This document shows, in pieces, positions 39,930 to 50,759 of a DNA stretch of 64,000 bases (its first letter is position 1; every line of letters starts with the position of its first letter). The notes beneath the pieces are model-generated. The model had not been told where the DNA came from. It saw only the letters and a program-made list of their open reading frames with translations, and did no database searches. Source of the stretch: an uncultured Planctomycetaceae bacterium. Lineage in GTDB: Bacteria; Planctomycetota; Planctomycetia; Isosphaerales; Isosphaeraceae. Position numbers and translations under genes: made by a program. The stretch spans positions 3,168,001 through 3,232,000 of the forward strand of contig CAWIAD010000002.1 of NCBI GenBank assembly GCA_963833985.1, written 5' to 3'.

Positions 39930-42445
39930 ATGAACCAGAGCCGGGCATGCAGCAAGCGGACGGTGGTCTTTTCGGTCGCGGCCGCAGCACTCGGGATTGC
40001 GCTGGGCCTTTCCTCCCAGGTGTGGGCGCAAACGGAAGCCGCGCCATCGCTGAGCCGGTGCATCCCCGCGGAAGGTCTGGGCGCGGTCCTGGTTCACGAG
40101 GGGTCAGGAAGCAACCCCGGCGCCTGGAAGTCGACCTCCTTTCAGAAGATGCTCAACGAGACAACGCTCGGCGCTATGCTCGAGGACGTGCTGGCACAGC
40201 TCGCCGACCATGGATTGCGCTCGGCTCGCCGACTGCCGTTCTCCGGTAAGCAGATCACTGAGCTGGTCACATGGCTGCTCGATCACGGTTTCGCCGTCGC
40301 CGTGCTGGAGAAACCGCAGGTGCGTGGCCCGGCTGGTTATCTCGTCGTGGTGCGAGACGCCAGGCGGAATGAGCTCTTCCGCCGCGTCTTGAAGAGCATC
40401 CCTCCGCTCAATCCGCCGGCCGCGCGGGAGGTCCAGGAGGGGGGTCGCAAGCTCTGGTTGTTCGATAACGGCTTGCTGGGTGGCATCCGCTGGTGGTTCG
40501 AAAAGGACGATTTCGTGTTCCAGCTCGCGGCGAGCGATCGCGGCAACATGATCGCCGCGGCTCTTGACGGCAAGACGCCCAGCGTGCTGAGAGATCCGAA
40601 TTACACGAAGGTCGAGCGGCTTGACGCCGGCGCGGCGCCGCTGGGCAGGCTGTTCGTGAAGCTCTCGGTCTTGCCGCCGATGCCGCCTCGGGCCCACGAG
40701 CTTGGCCTGGATGACATCGAGCGGATCGAGGCGCGCTGGGGGCTCGATGGCAAGAAGACGGTCTTCTCGGTTGGCGTCCAGGCACCGCGGCCCCGGCGCG
40801 GGCTCCTCGCCCTGCTCGAGCAGCCTGCCATCCCGGCCGGAACGAGCATCAGGACAGCCAGGGGGGCCGATGGGTACACGCTGCTGTCGATCGATCCCGT
40901 CAAGACGGCCCAGACAATCATGGCCCTTCTGGAACGGGACGATCCGAATTCCGCCGCACGGATTCAACAACTGGCCGCGTCGTTCCGGGAGCGCAGTGGT
41001 CTGAGCCTGCGCGATGACCTGTTCGCGCACGTCGGGCCGCGGGTCGTCATCCTCCAGCCGGCCGGAAGCTCTCTGGGGAGCATTTTCTCGTTCTGGTTCC
41101 ACCCACCCGACTGGGCGGTAGCCGCCGAGCTGAAGGACGCGAGCGCCTTCGCGGCGACCCTCGATCGGCTGATCGACTTCGCCAACCGCGAGCTCAAACG
41201 CGCGGGGGCGATGGTGCCGTCGAGGGCCGGGCAGACGCTTCTTCCGGGGGCGGAGTTCGCGGAGTTCCGACGCCTGCCGGCTTCCGAGCACGGCTACACC
41301 CTGGCCGTGCCTCCGGCCGTCGTCCCCACTCCCGCGGGCCTGCGGCCGACGATCCTCATCGACTCCGAGCACAAGACGCTCATCCTGGCCGGATCCCCGA
41401 AGGTGGCGCGCGCGGCCCGGTCGGTGGTTGCCTGGAACGGTCCACCGGGCGAGGAGACGTGGGGACGGGAGGCCATGTTTGTTTCCCGTTTCGACCCGAG
41501 TGGGTTGCTCCCCGAACTGCTCTGCAACGTTCCCTCGCTCGTTCAGTTGATCGGCCTGGCCGCCAGCCAGCAGCGGGCACCCGGCGCGCCGCCGGCCATG
41601 CCTGGCCAGGGTGCGAGATCGGCCCTCAGGCTGCAAATCGATCCCGACCGCATTCCCGACCCCGACCAGCTACGAACGTACCTCTTTCCTTCCCATCTTA
41701 CGATCGCGGTCGGCGATGAGTCGATCCGCATGACGTCGACTCAGGCGTTTCCCTTCCCGGCTCCCTCGCTCAACGTGGGCACGGAAATGCCGGTGCTGAT
41801 CGCCCTGCTGCTGCCGGCCGTCCAGGCTGCCCGCGAGGCGGCGCGGCGGGCCCAGTGCACGAACAACATGAAGCTGATCATGCTGGCGATGCACAACTAC
41901 CATTCGGCCACGAACGCCTTCCCGCGCAACATCACCAGCAAGGACGGCAAGCGGCTCCTGAGCTGGCGCGTGGCGATCTTGCCCTACATCGATCAAGCGG
42001 TGCTCTACAGCAAGTTCAAGCTGGACGAGCCCTGGGACAGTCCGCACAACAAGGAGCTCATCCCCGCCATGCCGGGTGTGTTCCAGTGCCCGAGCCGGGG
42101 GACTGGCCCGCCCTTCACCACGACGTACCGCGGCTTCACGGGCCCCGGCGCGTTTTTTGAACCCGGCCGCGACCTGAGCATTGCGGATTTCACGGACGGG
42201 ACCTCAAACACGCTGGCGATCGTCGAGGCCAGGGAGGCCGTTCTCTGGACGATGCCCGACGAGCTCCTCTTCCCGAACCAGGCGGAGGGCGCTCCCTGGG
42301 CGCAGGCTCCGCGCATCCCGGCGGGTTCAACGCGGCCACGGCCGATGGCGCCATCCGCTTCATCAAGATGTCCATCAGCCCGGAGACGCTGAAGGCTCTC
42401 ATCACCCGTAGTGCGGGCGAGGTCATCCGGTCCGACAGCTTGTGA
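39930..42445 (+). CDS. Large exported protein with a C-terminal DUF1559 domain, apparent frameshift near 42300
   Basis: Signal peptide; [51 protein letters not shown]. An alternate frame supplies [23 protein letters not shown]. Confidence 0.82.
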
Positions 42446-42487
42446 GCAATCGCCACGCGCAACCGCCTTTTCGAGGACGGAAGCAAC

Positions 42488-43258
42488 ATGTTCCAGCTTG
42501 GCATCGTGACCTACAACATCGCGAAGGACTGGGACCTGCCGACCATTCTGGCCCGGCTTGAAAAGCTCGGCTATGCGGGCGTGGAGCTGCGTACCGGGCA
42601 TGCCCACAAGGTGGAGGTCAGCCTGACGGCGGACGAGCGCTCGGAAGTCCGCAAGCGATTCCAGGACTCCCCGGTGCATCTTGCCGGCCTGGGAAGCGCG
42701 TTCGAATACCAGGCGATGGATCCTGCGGTGGTCCGCCAGAACATCGCTGGCACGAAGGAGTACGTCCGCCTCGCCCACGACATCGGCGCGCCGGGCGTGA
42801 AGGTGCGGCCCAATGGCATTCCTCGCGGTGCGAACCTGGATGCCACGCTCCGGCAGATCGGCCGCTCGCTCCATGAGGTTGCCGAGGATGCCGCCGGCTT
42901 CGGAATTGAGATCCGTGTCGAGGTGCATGGAGCGATCACGCAGGAGCTGAAGCACTTCGCCCGCATCATCACCTACGCCGACCACCCCAACGTCTTCACC
43001 TGCTGGAACTCGAACCCGACGGACGTGCAAGCCGGATCGATCAAGGAGACGTTCGCCCTGGTGGCACGCTCGGTCCGCGAGGTACACCTCCGCGACCTGT
43101 ACGACGCGTCCTATCCCTGGCGCGAGCTCTTCGCCTTGCTGGCGGCTCAGAAGTTCGAGGGCTATACCCTGGCCGAGATTCCCGAGAGCTCCGATCCGGA
43201 GCGCGTCCTGCGCTATTTCAAGGCGCTCTGGTTGAGCGACCAGCCCGCCGCGCGGTGA
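42488..43258 (+). CDS. Sugar phosphate isomerase/epimerase (xylose isomerase-like TIM barrel)
   Basis: GYAGVELR, IRVEVHG, WNSN, VHLRDL, YTLAEI. Confidence 0.85.
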   Translation: MFQLGIVTYNIAKDWDLPTILARLEKLGYAGVELRTGHAHKVEVSLTADERSEVRKRFQDSPVHLAGLGSAFEYQAMDPAVVRQNIAGTKEYVRLAHDIGAPGVKVRPNGIPRGANLDATLRQIGRSLHEVAEDAAGFGIEIRVEVHGAITQELKHFARIITYADHPNVFTCWNSNPTDVQAGSIKETFALVARSVREVHLRDLYDASYPWRELFALLAAQKFEGYTLAEIPESSDPERVLRYFKALWLSDQPAAR

Positions 43259-43311
43259 TGGCGCGGGACCTGCCGCGGTCACCGCCTTGAACCAGGGCCG
43301 TGTTGCCGCAC

Positions 43312-44031
43312 TCAGCGTTCCGCCCAGTGCCTGAGCAAGAGAAACAAGGCCAGCAGCGCAGGGAGGCCGATGGCGATCAAGAACAGCAGGCTCCGCCGCA
43401 GTGCGTCTCCCTCGTCGGCGAGATCCGCGCGATCCGGTTCCGCTGCCTGGGGCGCGTCATCTCCACTGCCATTGACCTCGTCCTCGACCTCGTCCTCGTC
43501 CTCAGGCTCCAAGTCCAGTTCCGCGGCGAGGGCTGTCCAGGTTTGCGCGAGGATGATCCGCGCCTCGCCGGTGTATCGCTCCGGCACCTTCAACGGGACT
43601 CCCCGACCGTGTGCATGGTACAGGGACGGGGCGCCCATGTACCCTTCATCCAGCAGGGTTGGAATTCCCTCGGCCTCAAGCCTGATGCGCGGCGCCTGCG
43701 CGGCCAGCGAGCTGGAGCAATGGCAGACCGTGACCCAGTGGACAGGAGCCTCGAGCCGTTCGAGGAGCAACGGCGGACCCTGCTCGTCCAGTGGCAAGTC
43801 GTGCTTGGGGCAGGACGTGCCGGCGGCCAGCAGCCAGAAATCCTCACAGACCGGACAGTATCCCTGCCGGATCAGCCGATCGCCGCAGGCCGGACAGAGG
43901 CCCTCTCGCACCCCGGCAGCCGCGGGTGTGCGACAGCCGGGACAGAAGAGGGGACCGCGCCCAGTGCCCGACTGTGATTGTGAGGAAGAGAAGGGGCCAA
44001 TCATCACGAATCGTTCTCGAGGGGAAGTCAA
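43312..44031 (-). CDS. Hypothetical membrane-anchored protein with zinc ribbons and a DUF2007-like domain
   Basis: CPGC, CPAC, CPVC, CPKH; RLEAEGIP..GVPLKVP; acidic linker; C-terminal TM. Start uncertain. Confidence 0.65.
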   Translation of the reverse strand: MTSPRERFVMIGPFSSSQSQSGTGRGPLFCPGCRTPAAAGVREGLCPACGDRLIRQGYCPVCEDFWLLAAGTSCPKHDLPLDEQGPPLLLERLEAPVHWVTVCHCSSSLAAQAPRIRLEAEGIPTLLDEGYMGAPSLYHAHGRGVPLKVPERYTGEARIILAQTWTALAAELDLEPEDEDEVEDEVNGSGDDAPQAAEPDRADLADEGDALRRSLLFLIAIGLPALLALFLLLRHWAER

Positions 44032-44159
44032 AGCGGGCCGAAAACGGACCGGTGCCGCGGCATATCAGGAAGCATGCGAATGTAATCTGGCAGAGCACCT
44101 GAAGCCAGGGTTCTTCTGGACAAGGTGACCGGCATGCACGAATACCCCCGCATCGAGGA

Positions 44160-44188
44160 TTGACAGGCATGCCGATCTTCCCTACAGT
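44160..44188 (+). promoter_or_regulatory. sigma70-type promoter upstream of the small ORF and efflux locus
   Basis: TTGACA, 17-bp spacer, TACAGT. Confidence 0.7.
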
Positions 44189-44225
44189 TCAGTAGGTACC
44201 GGTCATCCTCAGTACTCGAGGCCCG

Positions 44226-44573
44226 ATGATTCGTTCAGACCTCGACCATATCCTGTTTCGATCCGCGATCTCCATTGCATTGGTCGCCGCGCTCTCCCTA
44301 TCGCCAATGCATGCCGAGAATGGTCTCAGTGCCAGCACCCTGCGGCGTCACTTCGCGCTGCCCGCCAAGAGCCTTTCGCCACTGGCGGCCTCTTCGCACC
44401 TTTCCGGGCTGGCTCGCCTGAAGGCCATCTCCAGGCATGAGCAAATGGAGCGGAACGGCTCTCACGGGCCGCGCACCATTCGCCTCGTGTCCACGCCGTC
44501 TCGCACCTTGCGAAGTTATCAGGACGTCACATTCGCGGAGTTCGGCAACGACCACTATCCCCTCCGCTGTTAG
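44226..44573 (+). CDS. Small exported-type protein ending YPLRC
   Basis: GAGG SD, hydrophobic N-terminus (AISIALVAALSLSP), 115 aa, directly behind the promoter. Confidence 0.55.
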   Translation: MIRSDLDHILFRSAISIALVAALSLSPMHAENGLSASTLRRHFALPAKSLSPLAASSHLSGLARLKAISRHEQMERNGSHGPRTIRLVSTPSRTLRSYQDVTFAEFGNDHYPLRC

Positions 44574-45023
44574 ATCAACCCTGCGGGCTGAAGTCACTGA
44601 TCGATAATTCAATCGATGCATTTCCTCAGGCATGCCATGCCATGCCAGCAGCGACGCACTCCGACAGGCGCCCCGCCACGGGTCGTGCGCACGTTCTGCT
44701 TTGAGTGGCACGGATCTCGCCTCAGGTGACTGCGCACTGGCTTCGTGAACGGTCGAGCTGCTCATCCGCCGCGCCGCACCCGCTCTCCTTCTCTGCGAGA
44801 GGGACTCCGGGGTGACGCGTACGATGGCGGCACCGCGTCCAGGGCCGCGGCTCCTGGCGGAGCGGTTCGCACGGGCCAGTGCCGGGCACACGGGCTGGTT
44901 TTCGTAGTTTGTTTGTGAACCTGTAACGACAGCGGATCACGGCTGCTCCGTCTCCGGGAACGTGCAGGCCGCGGGGAGTCGCGGCCAGGGCATGCGGCGA
45001 GTCCTTTGGGAGTCACTCTGTCC

Positions 45024-48000
45024 ATGAATCCAACCGTATTTGCCATGCGGCGTCCCGTGACGACCATGATGATGGTCGTGGCGCTCATCAGCGGGGGCGT
45101 CCTCGCTTACAGCCGCATGCGCGTCGACATCTTTCCCTCGCTCAACACACCAAAAATCTACGTCTTTCTCGACTACATCGGCATGAGTCCGGACCAGGTC
45201 GAGGGCTTCATCGTCAACCAGCTGGAACTCTACTTCCAGTACGTGGATGGCATCCAGGACATCAATACCCGGAACATCCAGCAGGTGGCGCTCTGTGAAC
45301 TGTCGTTCTTTCCCGGCACCGACATGGGCCAGGCAATGGCTCAGGTGGTAGCGATGTCCGACCGGGCCATGTCGTGGATGCCCAAGGGGACGTTGCCGCC
45401 GATGATCATGCGCATGGACGCCGGCAGCGTGCCGGTGGGCTACCTGGTCTTCGAGAGCAAGGAGACGTCCCTGGGGGCGATGGGGGACCTGGCGCAGAAC
45501 GTGGTGCGGCCGCTGGTGCAGAAGTTTGTGCCCGGCACGGTGGCGATCTCGCCGTTCGGCCCGAACATGCGGTCCATCGTCATCAATGTCGATCCGAACA
45601 AGCTACTGGACTACAACGTCACGCCGCAGCAAATCATCACCGCCCTGTCGAAGGGGAACACGATCATTCCGGCGGGGAACATTTACATCAAGGATTCCAT
45701 GCCGGTGGTCGCCAACAATGCGACCGTGGTGGACATCAAGCGTCTGGGAGACATTCCGGTCAAGCTAGGGCTGAACGTTTACCTGCGCGACGTGGCAACG
45801 TTCTCGGATGACACCGACATCACCTACGGCTACGCGCTGGTCAACGGCAAGAAGTCGGTGTACTTGCCGATCATCAAGAAAGACACCGGCTCGACCCTCA
45901 CGGTCGTGGCCGACGTTCACAGGTCGATGCAGCTCTTCCGCGACGCGGTGCCCAAGGACGTGACGGTGAACTTCGAGTTCGACGAATCGCCCACGGTGGT
46001 CGCCGCGGTGGAGAGCGTCGCCACCGAGGGATTGATCGGCGCGGGTCTGACGGGGCTGATGATCCTCCTGTTCCTTAAGGACTGGAGGAGCGTGCTGGTC
46101 GTGGTATCGAACATCCCGCTGGCCCTGCTCGGCTCGCTGTTCGGGCTCTGGGTGACGGGCAACACCATCAACATCATGTCGCTGGGCGGCATGGCGCTGG
46201 CCATCGGCATCCTCGTGGACGAGTCCACCGTGACCGTGGAATGTATTCACGTGCAGATGGAACATACGCAGAATATAGCGTCGGCCGTGCTCCACGGCAG
46301 CTTGATCACGGCAGTGCCCCGGCTGCTGGCCCTGCTGTGCATCCTCTCTGTGTTCATACCGGCGTTCATCATGGCCGACCCGTTGCGGTCTCTGTTCATG
46401 CCCCTGACCCTGGGCGTGGGCTTTGCCATGATCTCGTCGTATCTCCTCTCCAGCACGTTCGTGCCGATCATGTGCGTGACCTTGCTGCGGCACATGGGTC
46501 ATCACGATGAGGAAGCGGGATTCTTCGGTAAGATCCTGCACGTCTATCGCAAGCTGGTGAACGCGTTCGTGCGTGCCCGCTGGCTCCTGGTGCCGGGATA
46601 TCTCGCAGCTTGCGGACTCATCCTCTGGCTGCTGGGGTTGCAGGTCGGCAAGGAGCTCTTCCCGCAGATCGATTCGGGACAGTTCGTGCTGCGGTTCCGG
46701 CCTCCGCCGGGCTCGAACTTCGAGCTCACCCGGCAGATGGCCGTGAAGTGCCTGGAAGAGATCGAGCGCGAGGCGAAGCCCGAGAACATCCAGATCACGA
46801 TGGGTTTCGTGGGTCAGGTGGCGCCGAACTTCGGCATCGATAACATGGTGCTGTTCATGCGCGGGCCCGACGACGGCCAGCTACGCGTGGCCTTGCGGGA
46901 AGAGAGTGGAATCAAGCTGGACCGGTTCCGGGAGAAACTGCGCAAGGTGCTTCCCGAGCGCGTGATCCCCTGGCTGGCCCAGCGGCTGGAGCAGGGGGGC
47001 CTGTCGAAGAACGACGCCCTGATCGAGGCCAAGAAGTCGACCTTCGGTTTCGAGCCCGGCGACATCGTGACCAACGTCATGAGCTTCGGCTCGGCCAAGC
47101 CCATCGCGGTGCGCGTGGTCGGCACCGACCTGAAGATGGTGCGGCAGCACGCCGAGAAGATCGCCGCCGAGATGAAGCGCATCCCGTTCTTGCGGGACGT
47201 TGAGTTCCAGCAGACGCTCGATTACCCCACCGTCGAGGTGGAGATCGATCGCGAGAAGGCGGGCCTCAGCGGTGCCAGCGTCGAGGACGTGGCGCACGCC
47301 CTGGTCATGGCCACGGCCTCCACCCGCTTCGCCAACCTGAACTACTGGGTGGACGTCAAGACGGGCTTTGACTACCTGGTCCAGATCCAGATTCCGCCCC
47401 TCCGCATGAACAAGGCGGAGGACGTGGAGACGCTGCCGCTGGAATCGGTCAATCCACTGGTGAACCTGATGATCCGGGACGTGGCGAAGGTGCGCCAGGG
47501 CGTTCGCCCCGGCGAGCTCGACCGCGACATGTCCCAGCGTTACCTGACGCTGGTGGCCAACGTGGAAGGCGAGGACATGGGCCGGGCGTCGGACCAGGTG
47601 GCGCAGGCGATTGCCACGGCTGGTGAACCGCCCCGCGGAGTCCGCGTCGAGCCGATGGGTCAGTTGCCGCCCATGCTGGAGATGTTCAAGGCCTTGTATG
47701 TGGGAATGGGAGTGGCGGTGTTCGTGATCTTCGTGCTGCTCACGGCCTACTTCCAGTCGCCCCGGCTGGCCCTGATCTCCATCGGCGCCGTCCCCGGCGT
47801 GCTGGCCGGCATCGCGACCATGCTTTACTTCACCAACACCTCGCTGAACATCGAGTCGTTCATGGGTTCGATCATGAGCCTGGGCGTCTCGGTTTCCAAC
47901 TCGGTCATGCTGGTCACGTTCATGGACGAACACTGGAAAGGCGGGGCGCCGGCGACCAAGGCGGCCATCCTGGGCGCCGGCGACCGACTGCGGCCGATTC

Positions 48001-48512
48001 TCATGACGGCCTGTGCCATGACGGTGGGTATGGTGCCCATGGCGCTGGCGCTGGAACGAGGCAGCCAGATGCAGGCCCCGCTGGGACTGGCGGTGATCGG
48101 CGGACTGGTGATGTCCACCTTCGCTACCCTGCTGGTGCTCCCCTCGATCTTCTCGGTGGTGATCGGCCGCAGCGCCTACCGCTCGCCGTCCATCTATCCG
48201 GATGACCGTGAGAGCGTGCACTACGACCCGCGGGTGTTTGCCGACGAGGTCGACCATGGCGAGGAGGCCGAGTCGTCTGCCCACGAGGTGGTGAAGCACC
48301 ACACGGTGGACGAGCTTCTCGGGTTCCTCAGGAGCATCCTGCACGAGGTCCGCTCGAAGCGGCATGACATGCTCACCCACCACACCGTGGACGATCTGCT
48401 GCACACCCTCGGCTTCACCAAGGAGCATCCGGATGCTGCCGGGCCCGAGGAGTTCAATGGTGGCGAGGATTCAGGTTCCGATCCACACGGTGCGCCACGC
48501 GTACCCCACTGA
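45024..48512 (+). CDS. RND efflux permease, copy 1
   Basis: FAMRRPVT, VDIFPSL, TINIMSLGGMALAIGILVD, RLRPILMT, APLGLAVIGGL; His-rich C-terminal tail. Confidence 0.95.
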   Translation: MNPTVFAMRRPVTTMMMVVALISGGVLAYSRMRVDIFPSLNTPKIYVFLDYIGMSPDQVEGFIVNQLELYFQYVDGIQDINTRNIQQVALCELSFFPGTDMGQAMAQVVAMSDRAMSWMPKGTLPPMIMRMDAGSVPVGYLVFESKETSLGAMGDLAQNVVRPLVQKFVPGTVAISPFGPNMRSIVINVDPNKLLDYNVTPQQIITALSKGNTIIPAGNIYIKDSMPVVANNATVVDIKRLGDIPVKLGLNVYLRDVATFSDDTDITYGYALVNGKKSVYLPIIKKDTGSTLTVVADVHRSMQLFRDAVPKDVTVNFEFDESPTVVAAVESVATEGLIGAGLTGLMILLFLKDWRSVLVVVSNIPLALLGSLFGLWVTGNTINIMSLGGMALAIGILVDESTVTVECIHVQMEHTQNIASAVLHGSLITAVPRLLALLCILSVFIPAFIMADPLRSLFMPLTLGVGFAMISSYLLSSTFVPIMCVTLLRHMGHHDEEAGFFGKILHVYRKLVNAFVRARWLLVPGYLAACGLILWLLGLQVGKELFPQIDSGQFVLRFRPPPGSNFELTRQMAVKCLEEIEREAKPENIQITMGFVGQVAPNFGIDNMVLFMRGPDDGQLRVALREESGIKLDRFREKLRKVLPERVIPWLAQRLEQGGLSKNDALIEAKKSTFGFEPGDIVTNVMSFGSAKPIAVRVVGTDLKMVRQHAEKIAAEMKRIPFLRDVEFQQTLDYPTVEVEIDREKAGLSGASVEDVAHALVMATASTRFANLNYWVDVKTGFDYLVQIQIPPLRMNKAEDVETLPLESVNPLVNLMIRDVAKVRQGVRPGELDRDMSQRYLTLVANVEGEDMGRASDQVAQAIATAGEPPRGVRVEPMGQLPPMLEMFKALYVGMGVAVFVIFVLLTAYFQSPRLALISIGAVPGVLAGIATMLYFTNTSLNIESFMGSIMSLGVSVSNSVMLVTFMDEHWKGGAPATKAAILGAGDRLRPILMTACAMTVGMVPMALALERGSQMQAPLGLAVIGGLVMSTFATLLVLPSIFSVVIGRSAYRSPSIYPDDRESVHYDPRVFADEVDHGEEAESSAHEVVKHHTVDELLGFLRSILHEVRSKRHDMLTHHTVDDLLHTLGFTKEHPDAAGPEEFNGGEDSGSDPHGAPRVPH

Positions 48513-48630
48513 TCTGGAGATCTCCATGTATTTCCAGCATGCCAGGCAAAAGACGCTGTTGCGGTTACACATTGGAAAGATGTTCGGGGCGGTCGCCCGT
48601 GTGCACCGCCCATTCCTCTGGAGGTCCCTG

Positions 48631-50126
48631 ATGAATCGAGTTGCCACGTGCTTCGTTCGTGAACGCTGCCTGGGTTTACGCCCGGTGGCATGTCTTGCGC
48701 TGTTCCTAGCCGCGGTGCCAGGCTGCGGATCTCATGAAAAGGCCGATGGCAAGAGCGTCGCTGAGCCGCCCACCGTGCGGATCGTGCAGCCCGAGGTGCG
48801 CAAGATCGTGCGGGAAGTCGGCCAGCCCAGCTTCATCGAGTCGTTCGAACGAACCTCGATCTATCCCAAGCTCACGGCGTACATCGATCACTGGATCGCC
48901 GACATCGGCGACAAGGTGAAGAAGGGGGACGTTCTGGCCACGCTCTTCGTGCCCGAGCTGGTGGAGGATTTCGGCACCAAGAACGCCACCGTCCAGCTTG
49001 ACGTGGAACGCGTGGACCTTGCCACCAAGATGGTGCAGGTGGCCTCGGCGGACGTACAGGCTGCCGAGGCGCGGCTGGTGGAGGCGAAAGCGATCCTGGC
49101 CAAGTACGAGGCCGAAGTCGATCGCTGGGACACCGAGGTCAAGCGGCTCACGCACGAGGTCAGGCAGGGCGTCGTCGATCCGCAGATCCTCCTGGAATCC
49201 ACCAACCAGTGGAAGTCGGCCTCGGCTTCGAGAGACGCGGCGAAAGCCAGCATCGCCAAGGCGGACGCACAACTGCTTTCCAGGAGGGCCACTCTGGCCA
49301 AGACGCGGGTGGACGTCTCGGTGGCCAAGGCCGACCTGGCGGTGGCCACCAGCGAGGCCAAGCGGATCGAAGCGTGGGTCGGCTACCTCACGCTCACCGC
49401 GCCCTTCGACGGGGTCGTGGTGTCCCGGAACGCCAACACGTTTGACTTCGTCCTGCCGTCCTCGGGAGATCCGACCACGGACATCCGTGCTTCGCACCTT
49501 TCGCCCTCCGGAAACGCCGCTCCGATCTACGTCGTCGACCGGACCGACAAGGTACGCATCTTCGTGGATATTCCCGAGCAAGACGCCAATTCAGTGATGG
49601 TCGGCACCAAGGCGAGCGTGCTGGCGCGGGCGTACCGCGACGAGCCGATCGTCGGCACCGTGACGCGCACCTCGTGGGCGCTGAATGTCAAGAGCCGCAC
49701 GCTGCGCGCCGAGGTCGACCTGCCCAACCCCGGCGGACAGCTCTTGCCCGGTATGTACGCCTACGCGAACGTGATCATCGATGCCCGGGGGTTCGTGCCC
49801 TGCCGGTCTCGGCGCTGATGCACAGCGGCGACCAGACCTTCTGCTGGCTGTACCAGGACGGCCATGCCCGGCGCGTCGAGATCCAGACCGGCGTCAGCGA
49901 CGGCGAATGGATCGAGGTCACCAACCTGGAGCGGCCCAGGGCAAAACCCACGGACCACCCCTGGAAGCGAATCAACGGATCGGAGCAGGTGATCCTGGGC
50001 GACCTGTCGACCCTGGCCGACGGCGCACCCGTGAAGGTGGCGTCGGCACAGGGGCAGACGGAAGTCGCCAGCACAGCAAACCCGCTTGAAACGGCGACTC
50101 CGCCCGTGGCGGGGATCCGCGAGTGA
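48631..50126 (+). CDS. RND periplasmic adaptor (MFP), copy 1, apparent frameshift near 49785
   Basis: Lipobox-like VPGC, DIGDKVKKGDVLATL, TAPFDGVV, SRTLRAEVDLPN..LLPGMY; continues in ORF 49674..50126 (PGVRALPVSAL). Confidence 0.9.
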
Positions 50127-50183
50127 ACTCATCAACCCTGGGCGGTTTTCTGACGGTTGCAGGCCGTTTCTGAGTTGTGAAAG

Positions 50184-50247
50184 GGGGGGCAGACATTCCT
50201 GTCTGCCAGGGCAGGCCTGCTCCGGCAGGCAGGAATGCCTGCCCCCC
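50184..50247. repeat. REP-like inverted doublet
   Basis: GGGGGGCAGACATTCCTGTCTGCC ... GGCAGGCAGGAATGCCTGCCCCCC: 24-bp arms, 22/24 complementary, each arm itself palindromic. Confidence 0.75.
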
Positions 50248-50759
50248 GGTCTCAGTCTGCGATCCGAGTGAAAACCGCTCAAGCCCGCCATCGGCTCCCA
50301 TCGAGACAACCTCGGTGGGTGCCGACCCGCGAAGTCCGCGAAGAATGCGGCCATGGCGGCCTTATTCCGCACGCGAACCCATCGGCCAGTGACTCCGAGG
50401 AACTCCGGATGGGCGTCTATCCCGAGTTACTGGAAGAGTTCATCTCTCCCCTGTCGAAGGCGCGCGATTGCTGGCCCGGACGGAAGCGCGAACCGGATCA
50501 TTCCCATGTCGACGTCACGAGCTGCGCGGCGTCACCTGATGTCATCCCGGGCGGAACAGCGAATTCTTCCCGATATCGGCTGTACCCACTTGCCAGCAGT
50601 CATCCAACGGTGTCTAAACAAGGAGAGGCAAATCACGTCCATGCTTTATCGTGAAAATATCTTAATGAACCAAAGGGTACACACCTTCACTCTCGTGCGA
50701 CCGGCGCGCTTTCGGCGTGAGTAGATCTCACGCGAGCGAGCCGGTTGGGGGATCGCTTC

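Noticed and set aside
44127..44135. Another GACCGGCAT matching the IS target duplication
   Set aside because: A single 9-mer with no IS ends; plausible by chance in 64 kb of GC-rich DNA.
50641..50724. 27-aa ORF MLYRENILM.. as a leader peptide of RND copy 2
   Set aside because: The SD-like sequence is too far from the ATG and there are no attenuator features.
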